A DNA stretch of 15,157 bases, taken from IMG/VR virus record IMGVR_UViG_3300035698_020146, positions 1 to 15,157 of that record. The stretch is one strand, 5' to 3'. The translations under genes were made by a program, and so were the position numbers. How positions within the stretch are numbered: position 1 is the first letter of the stretch; each line of letters starts with the position of its first letter. The stretch comes from a virus. Below are positions 12,283-15,157 of this stretch, piece by piece. The notes under the pieces are model-generated. The model saw nothing but the letters and a program-made list of their open reading frames with translations. It made no database searches and was not told the origin of the DNA.

Positions 12283-12645
12283 CTAATCTTTTTGTTTTTC
12301 TCTTGGATGCGGAGCTTTACCGTCAAAAACAATTAGCGCCGGGTCTTCACTCATAACAGCAATGACAGCTTTGTCTTTTGTAAAATGGTGATTACGCCCC
12401 TCGATATAAATCTTTTTTCTTCCAACACATACCGAATGGATTCCGTGACGTAAATCTTTACGAATAAAATCAACACCTTTGGCATCAGCTTTTGCCTTAG
12501 CTTGTGCCTCAGCATCTGCTTTAGCCTCAGCATCAGCCTCAGCCTTGACTCTTGCCTCTTCTTTGGCTAGTGCCTCAGCATCTGCTTTAGCTTTTTTAGC
12601 CTCGGCATCAGCTAACGCTTTGGCTTGTGGATTTTGTTGTGACAT
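12283..12645 (-). CDS. Hypothetical protein with an N-terminal Ala/Lys/Glu/Asp low-complexity repeat
   Basis: 120 aa. Residues 8-56 read AKALADAEAKKAKADAEALAKEEARVKAEADAEAKADAEAQAKAKADAK, followed by a globular-looking C-terminal half. A 7-bp hairpin (12254..12270) follows the gene. Confidence 0.6.
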   Translation of the reverse strand: MSQQNPQAKALADAEAKKAKADAEALAKEEARVKAEADAEAKADAEAQAKAKADAKGVDFIRKDLRHGIHSVCVGRKKIYIEGRNHHFTKDKAVIAVMSEDPALIVFDGKAPHPREKQKD

Positions 12646-12662
12646 AAAATATATTTATTAAT

Positions 12663-13382
12663 TTATAATTTAGGCGAAAAACCCATTATCCTCCGCCTAG
12701 TTAATTGAAAAACTTTGTTAATGTTATCAGCCGTCATTGCCTCTTTGTAAATTCTTATCATTGCAATTTGGAGTTCGTTCCCACCTGATTGACCGGCTAA
12801 ATTTCCGATTGTTATTCCCTCAGCCGGGTCGCAATATTCACCATATAATTCTGATTCGTCATCAGTATCGATTAATACACCGTCTTGATATAAACAATGC
12901 GCGCCGGCTACAATGTCACAAGTCACAGCCACAAAATGCCAGGCGCTACGAGTCATAGACGCTGAGCCACCGGACATTGATATTTTATTTTCGTCATCAT
13001 CGTAGAATCCGACAATAACTCTTTTTTGTCCGTCATTAATATAAAATTCATTAGATCCTCCAAAATTAATTATAATGCCGTCAGTAGTGGGAAGAGCAGG
13101 CATCGCCACCCAGACCAAATATGTAATTTGAGTTTTTTCTAAATATAGAGATTTGTCGGCGCTATCAATTTTTATTAAGGCACTGTCGTCATCCTTACAA
13201 AGTGACGGAGTTCTTGAACCATATAATTTTTCCCGAGTTATATTCCCGGTTGTAATTAAATGATTTGCATTACCAGACAAATCCGGGACCAAAGTAGTCC
13301 GAGCCGGCTGTCCTGGGTATAATTCTGCTTGCAAATTATCACGATAATCTGGCAGAGAAAGAAAAGGCGCATTGTAGTCCAT
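12663..13382 (-). CDS. LamG / concanavalin-A-like lectin fold protein (capsid decoration or adhesin candidate)
   Basis: 239 aa. VPDLSGNANHLITTG, WHFVAVTCD..GAHCLYQDGVLI and ITIGN...GNELQIAMIRIYKEAMTADNINKVF match the Laminin_G_3-type pattern, from memory. It lies immediately downstream of the capsid gene. Confidence 0.7.
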   Translation of the reverse strand: MDYNAPFLSLPDYRDNLQAELYPGQPARTTLVPDLSGNANHLITTGNITREKLYGSRTPSLCKDDDSALIKIDSADKSLYLEKTQITYLVWVAMPALPTTDGIIINFGGSNEFYINDGQKRVIVGFYDDDENKISMSGGSASMTRSAWHFVAVTCDIVAGAHCLYQDGVLIDTDDESELYGEYCDPAEGITIGNLAGQSGGNELQIAMIRIYKEAMTADNINKVFQLTRRRIMGFSPKL

Positions 13383-13406
13383 AGATTTATTTAATTTATA
13401 GGGGGC

Positions 13407-13435
13407 TAACCCCTTGTTTCTAGTACAAGGGGTTA
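13407..13435 (-). terminator. 11-bp hairpin after the capsid gene (possible attenuator or terminator without a U-tract)
   Basis: taaccccttgt-ttctagt-acaaggggtta in the 114-nt gap between the capsid and LamG genes. No T-run follows it on either strand. Confidence 0.35.
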
Positions 13436-13496
13436 AAAACCCTTTAAACTAAGATTGTCCCCATGTTAGATTAAAACCCTAAGTATATATTAATAA

Positions 13497-14741
13497 TTAG
13501 GAAATTCCATACATTCGAGTACCACCGCCGTTGCTGACTCGCATAGTGTACTCGCCCAGAACCTGCTTGGCATTTTGCTTACCGTTGACTTTATCCCAAA
13601 TTGGATATACAGCAAATTTACCGCTCTTGTCGCCCTCGAGTGGGCCATAGCCAACGCGATTATAGTCAAGGATTAATGCCTCAGTTGAACGAACATGCAT
13701 ATCTACATGCAACTCGATTTCGTAACCGAACATCGCAACAACATTTATGCTAGTTCCACCTTTCTTATCTTCGACCTTAGTTCTTACAGCGCCCTGATAT
13801 AATTGCTCGATGTCACCAATAACTTCAGGTGAACCGTGAATCGCAGACGGAAACAGACCGGCTTTGACATGAGCAGTTACAGCAGTATACAACTTAGCTA
13901 CTGAAATAGCCGCGGCGACATTTGACGTATTTGTGATTAATTCACGAAGTCCGCCCATAGTGCCGATGTGATTGTCAGTGTCAAGATTCCGGATTCCCTC
14001 AAGCATTGTATAATTCAAAGTGCGTAATAGCTCTTTCAATTTTTTTACAATTTGGTAATCTAATTCTTTACCATTTGCCATTTTAGACCGGGAAATAGTT
14101 CCAGAAACTTGGGCTACATCCTCAAATATTTGACAGTAATTATAACCGTCGGTTTGAGCTGTAAAATTGGCGTCAATCGGGTCACCGTTTTCTATCTGAG
14201 CATTACCGATTATGTTGACAGTATGTGAACTAGCATGATCCAATACCGCGGCGGTAGTGGAACCGTGGCCACGAGCATAGACGTCAATTGCTTCGGTATC
14301 AACAGATGAAACAATCATAACTTCGTCAGCATCAGTCAATAAAACATCACCAACCCTCAGCTTAGCCTCATCCGTTGTAGTAACAGGCAACGCAGTTTTG
14401 TCGGTAGTTGTGTCCCAATCCGCGGAGTCGCCAGATGCGGTGACGGTAATTGATTCACTCCGGGCTGTGTCGTCAATCCATTCGTGCTTTTGCGCAGTAA
14501 CTTTTTTACCAAATGCTTTGGATATTGACGGCAAAAAATTTACTAACGACAAATACTTCATGTCATCGTCTTTCAATTTTAAAATATCAATAACTGGGCT
14601 TAAGTCTTCGCGCTCGTGTCGGTCAGTCGTTAGTATATCACCCATTAAAAATGGCATTGCGCCAACGGCTGATTCAAAATCAAATGCCTTAGCTACAAAA
14701 AATAATATAACAACGATAATTAATTTAAAGAAACTTTTCAT
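13497..14741 (-). CDS. Major capsid protein (putative, HK97-fold class by position and size)
   Basis: 414-aa ORF directly after the scaffold-like gene. It is the largest head-region ORF. An alternative in-frame ATG lies at 14657. Confidence 0.7.
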   Translation of the reverse strand: MKSFFKLIIVVILFFVAKAFDFESAVGAMPFLMGDILTTDRHEREDLSPVIDILKLKDDDMKYLSLVNFLPSISKAFGKKVTAQKHEWIDDTARSESITVTASGDSADWDTTTDKTALPVTTTDEAKLRVGDVLLTDADEVMIVSSVDTEAIDVYARGHGSTTAAVLDHASSHTVNIIGNAQIENGDPIDANFTAQTDGYNYCQIFEDVAQVSGTISRSKMANGKELDYQIVKKLKELLRTLNYTMLEGIRNLDTDNHIGTMGGLRELITNTSNVAAAISVAKLYTAVTAHVKAGLFPSAIHGSPEVIGDIEQLYQGAVRTKVEDKKGGTSINVVAMFGYEIELHVDMHVRSTEALILDYNRVGYGPLEGDKSGKFAVYPIWDKVNGKQNAKQVLGEYTMRVSNGGGTRMYGIS

Positions 14742-14746
14742 TTTTT

Positions 14747-15157
14747 TTAGTCTTTAGAAAGACTTTGTTTTTGTCGCCCAAGACCCAGGACGTCGACAGC
14801 GGATTCTTCACCGCCTTTTTCGCCGTCACCTTTGACTTCCTCGATTGCCTCGTCTATATCTGCCTCGCTAGAATAATCTGGTGGGGCAAATTGTTGACTA
14901 TCACCGTAAAGTTTTTTATTAACTTCGCGCTGTCTGTCAACTATTCCCTGAACTTCTTCCGGTTTTTTACCTATTAATAATTCCGGCAAAATATCAGGAA
15001 ATTTTTCGGCAAGCGTTTTGGTTTCTTGAACTGCGGACATATCCGATATACTTTTTTCAAGAGCTTTGACTGTTTCAGTCATTTTTACGAGGGCCTTATC
15101 AGAATCAGACAACTTATCGTCTTTGTCTTTTTGGGCTTTCTCGACTGCTTCTTGAAG
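14747..15157 (-). CDS. Scaffolding-like protein, C-terminal part (frame open to the window edge; the same gene as 1..316)
   Basis: The frame stays open from 15112 to 15157 (45 nt, 15 codons). The track start at 15112 is an internal TTG. The stop at 14747 lies 5 nt before the capsid ATG. Confidence 0.6.
   Translation of the reverse strand, partial: LQEAVEKAQKDKDDKLSDSDKALVKMTETVKALEKSISDMSAVQETKTLAEKFPDILPELLIGKKPEEVQGIVDRQREVNKKLYGDSQQFAPPDYSSEADIDEAIEEVKGDGEKGGEESAVDVLGLGRQKQSLSKD
15031..15157. repeat. Second copy of the 127-nt terminal overlap (same sequence as 1..127)
   Basis: Identical to 1..127. Confidence 0.95.

Noticed and set aside
12351-12958. ORFs 12351..12533 (minus), 12479..12661 (plus) and 12737..12958 (plus)
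   Set aside because: The first two are frame or antisense artefacts of the Ala/Lys/Glu/Asp repeat: the plus-strand one reads ASASALASASAS. The third is antisense to the LamG gene.
14398-14977. Plus-strand ORFs 14398..14757 and 14765..14977
   Set aside because: They are antisense shadows of the capsid and scaffold genes.
1-15157. Alternative genetic code (TGA or TAG reassignment) as an explanation for the ORF-free stretch
   Set aside because: All structural and lysis genes are intact under the standard code, with all three stop codons in use. The stretch contains all three stop types in every frame I read and has a hairpin and repeat character rather than a coding one.
1-15157. Integrated prophage or a mobile element with att sites
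   Set aside because: There is no integrase, recombinase or flanking host genes. The only end repeat is the 127-nt overlap, which restores a phage gene and so reflects circular closure rather than att duplication.

Overview
The window is a complete tailed-phage genome, podovirus-like in gene content, that closes on itself. Bases 1..127 are repeated exactly at 15031..15157, so the unique sequence is 15,030 bp and the scaffolding-like gene runs across the junction.

Every gene I can support is on the minus strand. Read in the direction of transcription:
- Early block: a consensus sigma70-type promoter with a palindromic operator (8114..8190) drives small genes from 8103 down to 5648. These include a Zn-ribbon protein, an ArdC-N-like ssDNA-binding protein and a sigma-region-4-like HTH protein. 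The block ends at a terminator (5574..5621).
- A DnaA-box cluster and a second promoter precede a 180-aa gene in the small-terminase position (5364 down to 4822), followed by a bidirectional terminator (4777..4809).
- A 1.5-kb stretch with no credible ORF (3307..4821).
- Late block: TerL, portal, scaffold, major capsid, a LamG-domain protein, three to four tail or adaptor proteins, and a lysis cassette built around an M23 + LysM endolysin with up to five small membrane proteins. Three of these fall below the ORF-track size cutoff. The block ends at a terminator (8225..8261).

The most unusual feature is the 1.5-kb ORF-free stretch between the TerS-position gene and TerL. It holds a 39-bp-period tandem array, many G+C-rich hairpins in an A+T-rich background, a perfect 26-bp inverted repeat, a stem of about 31 bp, and a recurring GCTCCGC motif. 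I read it as a candidate large structured RNA and/or a packaging or replication organiser, but I cannot tell which from sequence alone.

No polymerase, primase, helicase, replication initiator or integrase is recognisable. Perfect DnaA boxes suggest replication may depend on the host. No Shine-Dalgarno motif was seen before any of the roughly twelve starts I checked.

All coordinates were counted by hand, and motif edges may be off by 1-2 nt. Protein family calls rest on remembered motifs, not on searches.
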